Source: Eledone cirrhosa
Lineage: Eukaryota
Direction of reading: 5' to 3'
DNA: 64,000 nt
NCBI GenBank assembly: GCA_964016885.1
Contig: OZ024742.1
Coordinates: 102,548,001-102,612,000 of the forward strand
This document shows, piece after piece, positions 46,963-59,240 of the stretch (position 1 is its first letter; each line of letters begins with the position of its first letter). The translations under genes and the position numbers were made by a program. The notes beneath the pieces were generated by a model. That model was not told the DNA's origin. It worked only from the letters and a program-made list of their open reading frames with translations, and did no database searches.

Positions 46963-47816
46963 TTTTCTCTTTCTCTTAATTTCGAGTATATTTTTTTGAC
47001 CGGCCACCTTCCTGGTGGCAAGGTTGTAAAAGAAAAGAAATTGTCATCCCTTGAATCGCAAGAATGTTTTGCATATTTTGAAGGTGCCAGCTATCGCAGC
47101 CATTTGTAGACTATGAATTAGGGAGCTGCGCTTTTTGTCCGCAAATCCAAGTTCGGTCATACTTTGGTCCAAGCGGGTTGGTATATAACCCGTAGCACCA
47201 ATAATGATGGGTATGAAGCTAAAGGTGTATCTTGGATACTGGATTTGTAAGCTCCTCATCAATGGTCCGTAGATGTCCTCCTTCTCCTGTATTTTTCTGA
47301 CAACGTTTACATCAAGTGGGCAGCTGATCTCCACAACAGAACACGTTTTCAATGTGTGGTCCCAAACTACAATATCAGGCCGGTTGTGCTTTAATTTGGT
47401 GGCAGTTTTTATTTTCAGGTTCCACCAGTATTCCTTAGTGCCATCTGTCTCAATATATTCTTCCTCGTTTGTTGTTAATTTTGTTTTCCGAAGTGCGTTC
47501 CAGATAGTTCTAGCTATCCCATCGTGTCTCATGGGGAGGTAGTAGCGAGATGACATTCTTTCGCAGCTGGCAACAATGTGGCTTACATCCTCGATCTTTG
47601 TTTTACATAGCCTACATTTATTGTCAGCTGCTGGCCCTCCTCTTTTGTGCAGCAGATATTTGGTAGGGAGTTCTTGTTCCTGTATTGCATAGAGATATCC
47701 CTCAAGGTGTGATGTCATAAACTTGTCGGAACTCCATGCCAGGCTTTTTGAGTGGTTTATCCCCTCTATGGTCTGTGTTTTACGCCTCAAGTATCCATGC
47801 ACAACTTTCTCTGTAA
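46963..47816 (-). mobile_element. R4/Dong family A, 5'-truncated copy (CCHC + RLE + 3' UTR)
   Basis: The 252-aa ORF 47044..47802 is nearly identical to the C-terminus of the long copy. Flanked by (TATG)n on both sides. Confidence 0.93.
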
Positions 47817-47982
47817 TGTATGTATGTATGTATGTATGTATGTATGTATGTATGTATGCAAGTATGTCTGTACGAATGCATACATGTATGTATGTATGTA
47901 TGTATGTATGTATGTATGTATGTATGTATGTATGAATTTATGTATGTATTATGTATTAAGTATTATGTATGTATTATGTTAT

Positions 47983-48510
47983 GTCGGGTCACACTTGAGT
48001 GCTACTGGTAACATGTAACCCAGTGCAACATGTCGCATGCCCGGGTCGTCGGCGACTAAACCGGAAACCCCACCAAGTTTGAGGAGGGGGATTTTGGACA
48101 CCCTGCAGGACAAAAAACAAAACCTGACAAAGGGCGGAAGAACTCATAAGAGTCAACGGCCATCCAAAAGTGTGTAAATATGTATATACACATGTACCAC
48201 GCGGTTAAACCACTGGGAGTGAAGGACCCCTAGTCTTTATCAGGGCATTCTTCTAGGAGAAGGCAACTCAGGAAACTGGGATAACTCCGATATAAAAGCT
48301 GCGGCTCAGTAGTTACCGATGATGTTGATCTTTTCTTCTTTTCGGGTTATAGCTACTGTCGCTCAGAGAGTGGGATTGGCTCAGTGCACAGTCTTTCCTC
48401 ACTTTAAAAAATACCTTCACGCACAAGCATTGCTTGATAGAATTAACTAATAATTATTAATAATGGTATATCGTGAAATGACCATACTCGATAACGAGGG
48501 GGCAGCCATC
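47983..48510 (+). mobile_element. RTE-derived non-autonomous element, subfamily 2
   Basis: Same 5' module (GCTACTGGTAACATGTAACCCAGT..GGCGACTAAACCGG). Ends CTCGATAACGAGGGGGCAGCCATC plus TATG. Confidence 0.72.
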
Positions 48511-48554
48511 ATGTATTATGTATGTCTGTATGTATGTATATATGTATGTATTAT

Positions 48555-49113
48555 GTCAGGTCGCTTTTCAGCGCTACTGGTTACATGTAACCCAGTACAA
48601 CCTGTACATGGTCGGTCGTCGGCGACTAAACCGGCAACCCCATCAAGCTTGCTTAGTGAGGTGGGTGATTTTGGACACCCTGTGGAATGGAAAACAAAAA
48701 CCGGTCAAAAGACGGAGGAACTCAGGAGAGTCAACGGCCATCCAATAAAGTTTTTTTTTTTTTTGTGGAGTGAGAGACTCCTACTCTTCATTAAAACATT
48801 TCTCTGGGAGAAGGTCACTCTGATATAAAACCTGTCACTTCGTTTGCATCCAACGATGTACACCAGTTCTTCTCTTTTGGTAAATGCATTCGATGTTGAG
48901 AGAGTGGGATTGGCTTCGTGCAAATCCTTTCCTCATTTAAAAAAGCTTCAAGCCCAGGCATCGCTTTTTTTTTTTACGATGCATGACATTTTTTTACGAT
49001 GCATGGCATTGTTGGCCATAGGCAAGTCCCTAGCAGGACAAAAAAGCCACGTCTGTGATACTCAAGCTTAAGTATCAAGCGATGGCATTATTCGAAATCG
49101 CGTTGCAGCCATC
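48555..49113 (+). mobile_element. RTE-derived non-autonomous element, subfamily 3
   Basis: Same 5' module, a KSLAGQKSH finger remnant, a GCAGCCATC end and a (TATG)n tail. Confidence 0.7.
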
Positions 49114-49188
49114 CTGTATGTATGTATGTATGTATGTATGTATGTATGTATGTATGTATGTATGTATGTATGTATGTATGTATGTATG

Positions 49189-49476
49189 TTATTATCTCTT
49201 TCTCTTAATTTCGAGTATATTTTTGACCGGCCACCTTCCTGGTGGCAAGGTTGTAAAAGAAAAGGAATTGTCATCCCTTGAATCGCAAGAATGTTTTGCA
49301 AATTTTGAAGGTGCCAGCTATCGCAGCCATTTGTAGACTATGAATTAGGGAGCTGCGCTCTTTGTCCGCAAATCCAAGTTCAGTCATACTTTGGTCCAAG
49401 CGGGTTGGTATATAACCCGTAGCTCCAATAATGATGGGTATGAAGCTAAAGGTGTATCTTGGATACTGGATTTGTA
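49189..49476 (-). mobile_element. R4/Dong family A, short 3' copy
   Basis: Near-identical to 50730-51015. The 3' end lies in the (TATG)n tract. Confidence 0.9.
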
Positions 49477-50087
49477 CATGGTGGCTGCCAACTCGTTTTC
49501 GAGTACGGCCACTACTTTATATCCATGTAGGAGAACCCCTACTGATGCGCTGAACGAGTGTGACTTTTTAGTCCAGCCAGCGACTTGAAAACTCTGGTAC
49601 AAACACTACACTTGTGACAATTATTGACACATAGTGCTGGACCCATGGTACCATGTGACGACAAGTGCAGAGAGATCTCCAGATATAAAGCAATGCCTGT
49701 GCCGTGAAGCTTTTATAGTGGGCAAAGGCACTGCACAAAGCCAGTCCCACTCTCTTAACCAAGATGATATTTACCAAAAAGAAGAACAAGTCAACATCAT
49801 TGGATACCATCAGGGTTGCAGGTGTTATATCAGAGTTTTCCTTCTCCTAGAATTCTGCCTTGACAAAGGCTAAGGGGTCATCTCTCCCGGTGATTTTGGA
49901 TGGGCATTGACTCTTAAGAGCTCCTTTGCCCTTTGACAGGTTTGGTTTTTAGTCCTGCAGGATGTCTAAAGTCACCCTCCTCACCAAGCAACCTTGGTGG
50001 GGTTGCCAGTTTAGTCGCCAACGACACGAACATGAGACAGGTTGTACTGGGATACATGTTACCAGTAGCACCAACTGGTGACCTGAC
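49477..50087 (-). mobile_element. RTE-derived bipartite non-autonomous retroelement, apparently full length (~610 bp)
   Basis: 5' part is shared with 47983 and 48555. 3' part encodes CSVCTRVFKSLAGLKSHTRSAH (RTE-type C-terminal C2H2 finger), then a CTCG-N4-CGAG stem-loop and GGCAGCCACCATG. Confidence 0.75.
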
Positions 50088-50570
50088 ATACACACATACA
50101 TACATACATACATACATACATACATACATACATACATACATACATACATACATACATGTACATACATCCATACATACATACATGTACATACATGTACATA
50201 CATGTACATACATACATACATACATACATACATGTACATACATGTACAGGATTTGTTCATACATACATACATATGTATGTATGTATGTACATGTATGTAT
50301 GTACATGTATGTACATGTATGTTCATGTATGTACATGTATGTACATGTATGTACATGTACATACATGTACATACATACATGTACATACATACATACATAC
50401 ATACATACATACATACATACATACATACATACATACATACATACATGTATATACATGTACATACATGTACATACATGTACATACATGTACATACATACAT
50501 ACATACATACATACATACATACATACATACATACATGTACATACATACATACATGTACAGGATTTGTACA

Positions 50571-50628
<58 letters not shown>

Positions 50629-50729
50629 CAAATCCTGTACATGTATGTATGTATGTACATGTATGTACATGTATGTACATGTATGTACATGTATGTACAA
50701 GTATGTACATGTATGTATGTACATGTATG

Positions 50730-53604
50730 TTTTCTCTTTCTCTTAATTTTGAGTATATTTTTTGACCGGCCACCTGCCTGGTGGCAAGGTTGTAAAAGAA
50801 AAGAAATTGTCATCCCTTGAATCGCAAGAATGTTTTGCAAATTTTGAAGGTGCCAGCTATCGCAGCCATTTGTAGACTATGAATTAGGGAGCTGCGCTTT
50901 TTGTCCGCAAATCCAAGTTCAGTCATACTTTGGTCCAAGCGGGTTGGTTTATAACCCGTAGCACCAATAATGATGGGTATGAAGCTAAAGGTGTATCTTG
51001 GATACTGGATTTGTAAACTCCTCATCAATGGTCCGTAGATGTCCTCCTTCACCTGTATTTTTCTGACAACGTTTACATCAAGTGGGCAGCTGATCTCCAC
51101 AACAGAACACGTTTTCAATGTGTGGTCCCAAACTACAATATCAGGCCGGTTGTGCTTTAATTTGGTGACAGTTTTTATTTTCAGGTTCCACCAGTATTCC
51201 TTAGTGCCATCTGTCTCAATATATTCTTCCTCGTTTGTTGTTAATTTTGTTTTCCGAAGTGCGTTCCAGATGGTTCTAGCTATCCCATCGTGTCTCATGG
51301 GGAGGTAGTAGCGAGATGACATTCTTTCGCAGCTGGCAACAATGTGGCTTAAATCCTCGATCTTTGTTTTACATAGCCTACATTTATTGTCAGCTGCTGG
51401 CCCTCCTCTTTTGTGCAGCAGATATTTGGTAGGGAGTTCTTGTTCCTGTATTGCATAGAGATATCCCTCAAGGTGTGATGTCATAAACTTGTCGGAACTC
51501 CATGCCAGGCTTTTTGAGTGGTTTATCCCCTCTATGGTCTGTGTTTTACGCCTCAAGTATCCATGCACAACTTTTTCTGTAAATTGGTCAATTTTTTTTT
51601 CTTGTTTGAACATTGAATAGGATCTTCGGATTTCTCTGGGTGAGAGATTTATATCGGGCTTTATTCCATATCTCTCCTCCAGATCAGTCGCTATTCTAAT
51701 GATATTTCTTTTTTCATAGTCATAAACCTGGGCAAGATGGTTGCCAACCTTTTTCCTCTGTTGAAGGTGTTGCTTCAGTGTCACTATCCGGGTCTCATAT
51801 GTTGTTAATATTGATTTTAGACCCCGGCCACCTTCCTTGCGTGAGAAGTATAGCCTATCCACATCACCATTGATGTTAAAGTTCCCAGTAACACTGAGAA
51901 GTTTTCGAGTTCTAACATCCATCTCACTTAGTTCTTGCAATGACCAGTTCAGTAGGCCAAATGTTGGCGTTAGAATTGGCACAGCATAAGTATTGTGGGC
52001 AATGTATTTGTTGTATGCTGACAGTTCTGATGACCATATTTTCTTTACTCTTCTGAGGTATTCAGTTCTGGTTCTCTCCTTATTTATGGGTCCATCATAT
52101 CTGACATTCTCATCCTGTCCAAGATATCTGTAGTTGTCACCTGACTGCAGAGGTTGTATTGTCAGGCCGTTCATCTCTAGATTTCTAGAGGAGGGCACAG
52201 CTCTTCCACGTTTTACTGCCAAATATGCACACTTGGACTCACCAAATTTCATTTTGATGTCGGTTGAAAATTGTGTAATGAGGTCCAATTGTTTCTTGAT
52301 GTCATTGATATTTGGCCCATACAACTTCAGGTCATCAACAAAGAAAAGATGGGAGATACTTCTGGTCCCACTTCTTTGTCGACCTTGTTTCCTGAGTAGG
52401 TAAGATAGTGGATTCAGTGAGAGAACGAAGAGAAGCACCGACAAGCTATCACCCTGAAAGATGCCCTTCTGGTAATGTATCTTATCAGTCCTAACCTGCT
52501 CCTTCTCACCCCTAAGGATCAAACTGGTGTACCAGTTCTTGGTCAGGCGTTCAACAGCAGCTACCAATGGTTGTGGGACTTTAGCTAACTGTAAAGCCTT
52601 AACAATCCACCCATGAGGTACACTATCAAATGCTTTTTGATAGTCCAGCCACACGACAGTCATGTTTCTGCGATTCTTTGTTGTTTTTTCCTGAATCATT
52701 TTGTTAGTTAGTAGGTGATCTATGCAACCCCACACCTCCCTCTTTCCACCAGCTTGCTCAGGTGTTATGATGTTGTTGGTAGCACAGTGATCCTGTAAGA
52801 ACAGGTTAAGGCACCCAGTATATAATTTATACATGATGTTTTGGCAGGCAATTGGGCGGTAATTTTTAGCAAGGGTGGTTTGGCTATTTTTGGGAATGAG
52901 GAGAGTAGAGGCAGTTGATAACCATCTGGGCAGTTCTTGTGTGCCCTTAATGGTTTCTGTAAACAGCCGTATGAGATCTTGCCGATAGAAAGTGAAATTC
53001 TTCAACCAGTATCCTGTAATGAGGTCTGGGCCTGGCGATTTCCTATTCGACATTTTCTGTAGAGCTGTTTCCAGTATTGACCCATCTATGTCATATTGTT
53101 TTGTCTGGACATGTTGGCAGTAGTCCTGTTCCAGTTCTTTTAGCCAATTAGCTTGTCTGTTGAATCCGTCATCCGTTTCCCATACAGATCTCCAGTAGCT
53201 CTCAACCTGTTCTTTTGAAGGGGTGTCATTTACAGAGATTGAGCTTTTGCCACCGAAGCTGCGATAAACTGATTTAGGATCTCTGGCAAACAATCTATTT
53301 AGCACTTGTCGTTTATGTGCTGTTGACTTATATTTTAGTCTTTCTGTTGTAGCTGTGAGTTGTTGTTTCAACTGGTGTAATTTGGAGTTCAAAGTTTTAA
53401 ATTTGGTATCTCCAAATCGTCTCTCTAACTTTTTCTTTAGGTCTTCCTGGTGTTGTGTGAAGTTGCTCTCTATGTTGCATTTCATAACGACTGCGATGTG
53501 TGAGATACTTCGTCTCAGGGACAAAATTTTGGTTTTTAAATTTCGCATCCACGCTGGTTCAGGCTTTCTGTTTGTATCTTGATTGCGTGGTTTTAGATGT
53601 GTGT

Positions 53605-53606
<2 letters not shown>
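50730..53606 (-). mobile_element. R4/Dong family A, long copy inserted in (TACA)n
   Basis: ORF followed by an ~80-nt 3' UTR with a GCCACC-N5-GGTGGC hairpin. Both ends run directly into TACA-type repeats. Confidence 0.93.
50810..53606 (-). CDS. R4/Dong-clade non-LTR retrotransposon polyprotein (RT + CCHC + restriction-like endonuclease), 5'-truncated, no internal stops
   Basis: RT motifs NYRPIAC, EQAGG, WLDYQKAFDSVPH, GIFQGDSLS, LFFVDDLKLY, YRYLG and RLYFSRKEGGRGL. Zinc knuckle CRLC..H..C, RHD motif, and RPDIVVWD..VVEISCP..KEDIY. The track's N-terminus (53607-53785) is read-through into the microsatellite and the adjacent repeat. Confidence 0.95.
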
Positions 53607-53636
<30 letters not shown>

Positions 53637-53755
53637 TGTATGTATGTATGTATGTATGTATGTATGTATGTATGTATGTATGTATGTATGTATATATGTA
53701 TGTATGTACATGCATGTACATGTATGTATGTACATGTATGTATGTATGTATATAT

Positions 53756-53884
53756 GTTGGTGCTACTGGTAACAACCTGTCCCATGGTCGGGTCGTTGGT
53801 GACTAAAATGGCAACCCCACCAAGGTTTCTTGGTGAGGAGGGTGACTTTAGACATCCTGTAGGACTAAAATAAAACCTGTCAAT
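53756..53884 (+). mobile_element. 5' fragment of the RTE-derived non-autonomous element
   Basis: Matches the reverse complement of 49935-50075. Flanked by TATG repeats. Confidence 0.7.
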
Positions 53885-54399
53885 GTACGTATGTATGTAT
53901 GTATGTTTGTTTGTATGTATGTGTGCATGTAATTATGTATGCATGTGTATATGTAGGTATTAGTTATGTGTGTGTATGTGTGTGTGTATGTATGTGTGTA
54001 TATGTATGTGTGTGTTTATGTATGTATGTATTTATGTATACATGCATGTCTGTCTGTATGCATGTATGTTTCTATGTAAATGTATGTATGTACGTATGAA
54101 TGGATGGATGTATATATGTATGTAGTTATGTATTATGTATGTTTATATGTATGTATATATGTAATTATGTATGTATGCATGTATGTATTCATGTATATAT
54201 GTTAGGTGAATATGTATGTATGTACGTAGGTAAGTATATATGTATATATATATATATGTATATATATATATAGATATAGATATATATGTAAAAGTTCTAT
54301 TTAAATTGTTGGGATACAACAAGCAAATATTTTTATAACTGATATAAAGCACTCAACAAATAATTGGAGTAAAAATACGATATTAACGATGTTAATACC

Positions 54400-54440
<41 letters not shown>

Positions 54441-54523
54441 TCATCTGAATTATTGAGCCCTCTGCCGCTCATACCGAATCTCGTTTATCGTGAACTCGTG
54501 CGCCGATTTTTCGATACTCGATC

Positions 54524-54561
<38 letters not shown>

Positions 54562-54684
54562 AGATCAAAATATATATTTTATATATGTATATGTGTATAT
54601 ACATATATATATATATGTATATATGTGTATATATGTATGTATATATATATATATATGCATAAAATTGAAAATAAATTATGTATT

Positions 54685-54777
<93 letters not shown>

Positions 54778-54852
54778 TGTGTGTACAAACTGTAGAGTGC
54801 TACTTATCCGATATCTGCATTGCTTTATTGTACTACAATAAAACTCACCTCC

Positions 54853-54937
<85 letters not shown>

Positions 54938-54996
54938 ATTAATTATGTATGCATGTATGTATGTCATTTTGTGTGTATGTACGTATGTGTGTATGA

Positions 54997-55032
<36 letters not shown>

Positions 55033-55469
55033 ATAAGTACATGAAGTTATGAAGTTATGTATGTATTTGTTTTGTATGTATGTACGTATGTGTATGTATG
55101 TATGTATGTGTATGTATGTATGCATGTATGTATGTATGTGTATGTATGTATGCATGTATGTATGTATGTGTATGTATGTATATTTGTATGTATGTGTCTA
55201 TGTGTGCTGGAGAACTTTATTACTTTATTACTTTTTGTCTTCTTCTGTATCATCTAAGATAGACAGACAGACATACAGACAGACAGACACGTAGACAGGC
55301 TGATATACCTTCGTGTTTATCTATTTAACAACACCTGCTAGGTAGGGGGCGTTGTCCTCTCCACTGAGAACGCCGCCGAATTCATCTGTTCATGTCATTT
55401 ATTATTCTTGTAATATTCACCTCTCCCCCACTTTCACATCATCCGTCGCCCTTCTGGCAAATACAGACA

Positions 55470-56198
55470 CCATCACCATCGTCATCGTTATCATCATCAC
55501 CATCACCATCATCATCGTCATCGTCATCGTCATCATCATCATCATCATCATCGTTATCATCACCACCATCATCGTCATCGTCATCACCGTCATCATCATC
55601 GTCGTCGTCATCGTCGTCATTATTATTTGGCAGACCAGGGTGGTGGATTGGCAGTAACGGTAGAGCGTCGGACACCATGCTTTTCAGCATAGAGTTACGA
55701 CACTTTACGTTCTGAGTTCAAACCCCACCGAGGTTAACTTTGCCTTTCATCCTTAAGGGGTCGATAAAATAAATTACCAGTAATACACTGGGATAATTGC
55801 TGGCCTTGTGTTTAAAGTAGAAACAATTATTTGGCAGACTCGCTAGAGCATCGGACAAATGCCTTGCTGTATTTATTTCGGCTTTTAAACTTTCTGAGTT
55901 CAAATCCCGCCGAGGTCAACTTTACTTGTTATCCTTTTCTAAAGTCTAAAATCTGTCTCGAGCCCGGGGGGGGGGGGGGGGGGTCATCAAGCTGGCCTTG
56001 TTCCTGAATTTGAAACCATGATCACCATCTCCTCCCCCCCTCATCATCATCATCATCTTCATCTCCTCCTCATCATCATCATCATCATTGTCAACATTGT
56101 CAACATCGTCATCATCATCAACATCATCATCATCAGCATCATCATCAACGTCAACATCGTCATCATCATCATCATCGTCAACATCATCATCCTCATTG

Positions 56199-56236
<38 letters not shown>

Positions 56237-56299
56237 GTCAACATCAACATCATCATCATCATCATCATCATCGTCATCATCATCATCATCATCATCATT

Positions 56300-56332
<33 letters not shown>

Positions 56333-56365
56333 GTCATCATCATTATCATCATCATCATCATCATT

Positions 56366-56404
<39 letters not shown>

Positions 56405-56405
56405 G
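55470..56405. repeat. (ATC)n arrays flanking two SINEs
   Basis: 55470-55625 and 56040-56405. Confidence 0.9.
55638..56017 (+). mobile_element. Two tandem SINE copies
   Basis: 55638-55830 (young) and 55830-56017 (older variant). Confidence 0.8.
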
Positions 56406-56557
56406 CCAACATGTAACTGTCTCCAATGTCGTTATCACTGCGATTTTAAAGCAAGCCGATAAGCTTTTAAATTTGAATCTTTCTCATAGCGGGGGTGAGA
56501 GTATAGGTGGGGTTGCCGTGGTGCTGAAGGGAGTTATTTTAGATCACTGCACATACT

Positions 56558-56609
<52 letters not shown>

Positions 56610-57360
56610 CGATGTTAGTGGAAGGTGTGGTTACATGTGCATTAAAAAAATTGTAATATTGTAAGCTGGAAGAGAAATTGTTGTTTGGGATATTTTTATT
56701 CTATTGTTTTTATTATTATTATTATTATTATTATATAATAAATAAATAAAGAAAGAAATAAAGAAATCATTATTATTATTATTATCTCTTCTTCTTTTTT
56801 GTATTTCAGCAGAACAAAAGGGATTGTGCAGAAGTTTTTCACCGGATGTTTATACATGTGACATCGATTGAGTTTTCGGGGGTTTTGTGAAATAAAACTC
56901 AAAGTGACTCACTGAGCAATAGGACCATGTGACAGACAATTTCTTTTATTCAAATGACACACGGCCCTGCCAGCATCGTTTGATGAAAACACTTTGAGAT
57001 TGTCTATATGTCTTTGCTTTGTATAGTTAACGTGTCAAACGTTCTGTAGACACAGGCCGAAAACAGGGTGGGAGAACATGATGAAAGGAAAGAGAGGAAA
57101 GACGATAGGAAATTCAAAAAGAAGGACAGAGAGCAAGAAAGAGAGATAGAGGGAGAGAGAGAGAGGGAAAGAAAGAAAGAAAGATATAAAGAACGAAAGA
57201 AAGAAAGTTATTTAAAAGGAAAAATATATATATGAAATAAAAGAATATGAAATAAGTTTTCTTGGAAGGAAAGAAAGTGATAAAAAAGCTAAAGACATAT
57301 TAAATTGATAGGGTGGGAGATGATGGAAGAAAGAGGGGAAAGACGCGATAGAAAGTTCTG

Positions 57361-57447
<87 letters not shown>

Positions 57448-58088
57448 CAATACGAAAAAAATGAAATAAAGGAATATGAAAAAGTTTTATTGGAACGAAA
57501 GAGATAAAAAAAAAGTGAAGAATATATTTGACTGAAAGAAAAGAACGAAGTTAAGAATACATGTAAATGATAACAAAAGACGAAAGAAAGAATGAGAGAG
57601 AATAAGTTTAAAGGAAATTGAAAAACAGAAAAGGAGAAAGAAAAATTGAAGAAAAAAATAAAATAAAATAAAATAAAAGATAAGATTTATACAAGTTTAT
57701 AAAAAACGACATTTTAAACGTGTTGTTGAAAAAAAAATCCCCTGTTGTGGTTACTTAGCGATAATATAAGTGAATAACAATAGTTTTTGTTGGTAATGTG
57801 TGTAGCTATAAAAGTATGGAAAATGTCGTCTGTTCGGTTTCAGGATCATGTGAATTATCTCATCATCGTTGTTCCTTCCATATTTCAATGAAAAATTCTG
57901 TATCGTTTTTTATTCCATCAATTTGTTTGTTTATCTGTTTGGTTGTTTGTTTGTTGGTTGGTTTTCGTCTTGTAATTCTTCCTTAGATTTGGTTTTGCGA
58001 TTTTCTTGATGGGTTATGTGCGTGCGCATCTATGTTTGTGTGTTTGTATATGTGAGTATATGTGTGCGTGTGTTTGCTTGTGTGTGTA

Positions 58089-58139
<51 letters not shown>

Positions 58140-58147
58140 GCACACAT

Positions 58148-58212
<65 letters not shown>

Positions 58213-58419
58213 CACGTTTATGCATTGTGTGTTTGAGAGGGCGTGAGAGTGCGCGTGTGTGTGTGTGTATACATAGGACATTACTCTACATAAATGACTG
58301 TATATAGTGTACATAGGACAATGTATGCAGTTTATATATGACATTAGGGTGTCTAATCTACATAACACTGAGCACTGAGGTATATAATCTACATGTTATG
58401 AGTGGTGTATATAAAGACC

Positions 58420-58763
58420 TATTCGATAGTGGTTAGAGCTTCGGGCTTACAACCGTGAGGATGTGAGTTCGATTCTCGGACCGGGCTTTGCGTTGTGTTC
58501 TTGAGCAAGACACTTTGTTTCTCGTTGCTCCAGTTTACTCAGCTGTGGAAATGAGTTGCGACGTCACTGGTGTCAAGCTTTATCGGCCATAGCTTTCCTT
58601 TGGACAACATCGGTGGCAAGGAGAGGGGAGATTAGTATGAATGGGTGACTGCTGGTCTTCTACAAACAACTTTGCCCAGACTTCTGTCTCGAAGGGGAAA
58701 CTTTCTAGGTACAAATCCCATGGTCATTCATGACCAAAGGGAGTCTTTACCCTTTACCCTTTA
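58420..58763 (+). mobile_element. tRNA-derived CORE-like SINE
   Basis: tRNA-like head TAGTGGTTAGAGC..GAGTTCGATTC, then TTGTGTTCTTGAGCAAGACACTT, and a (TTTACCC)n tail. Confidence 0.75.
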
Positions 58764-58794
58764 CGATATGCTTTATATAATAAACATATATAAG

Positions 58795-59240
58795 GCTCGC
58801 TATGAATGTTTTAAGCTGTGATCATATAAGAACGCCAAACACTCGTATCTCAGGATTTTTGTAATCCATCATTAGTGATGTTTACACACTCGGGACTGAG
58901 ATAAGAATAAGCTATAACTTATATACCTTTTACTGGATCAGTTCATTTGCATATAGTGCGTGCTTGACTATTATACATAAACATATTCCGTATGCCTTCA
59001 TTTACACCTCTATTATGAATCATGCTGTGTTAGTACTTCTAATTAATCCCAGTCAAGTCAAGCACGTACAATATGCAAATGATCTTCCTACTAGGTATTT
59101 TTATACGCAAAGGTACATAAGTTATAGCTTATGTATACTGTATGAGTAAACGTCGCTGACGATGGATAAGAAAATCCTGAAACACTAGTATCTTGCGTTC
59201 ATACATAACTACTTCAATAGATGTGACGTGATGACAGCTT
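58795..59240 (+). mobile_element. Old fold-back with decayed hammerhead (59149-59199)
   Basis: AACG..CTGACGA-tGGAT..ATCCt-GAAACACTAGT..CGTT, with a diverged inverted copy at ~58810-58890. Confidence 0.5.

Noticed and set aside
47983-48075. HDV-like ribozyme at the 5' end of the RTE-derived elements
   Set aside because: A P4 hairpin, CTAA and a P2-like pairing are visible, but I could not build convincing P1, P3 and L3 elements by eye.
53607-53785. N-terminus and start codon of the 991-aa ORF
   Set aside because: It is read-through across (TACA)n into an unrelated repeat fragment, not part of the element.
58420-58490. tRNA gene
   Set aside because: The acceptor stem does not close, and the sequence continues into a SINE core and tail.
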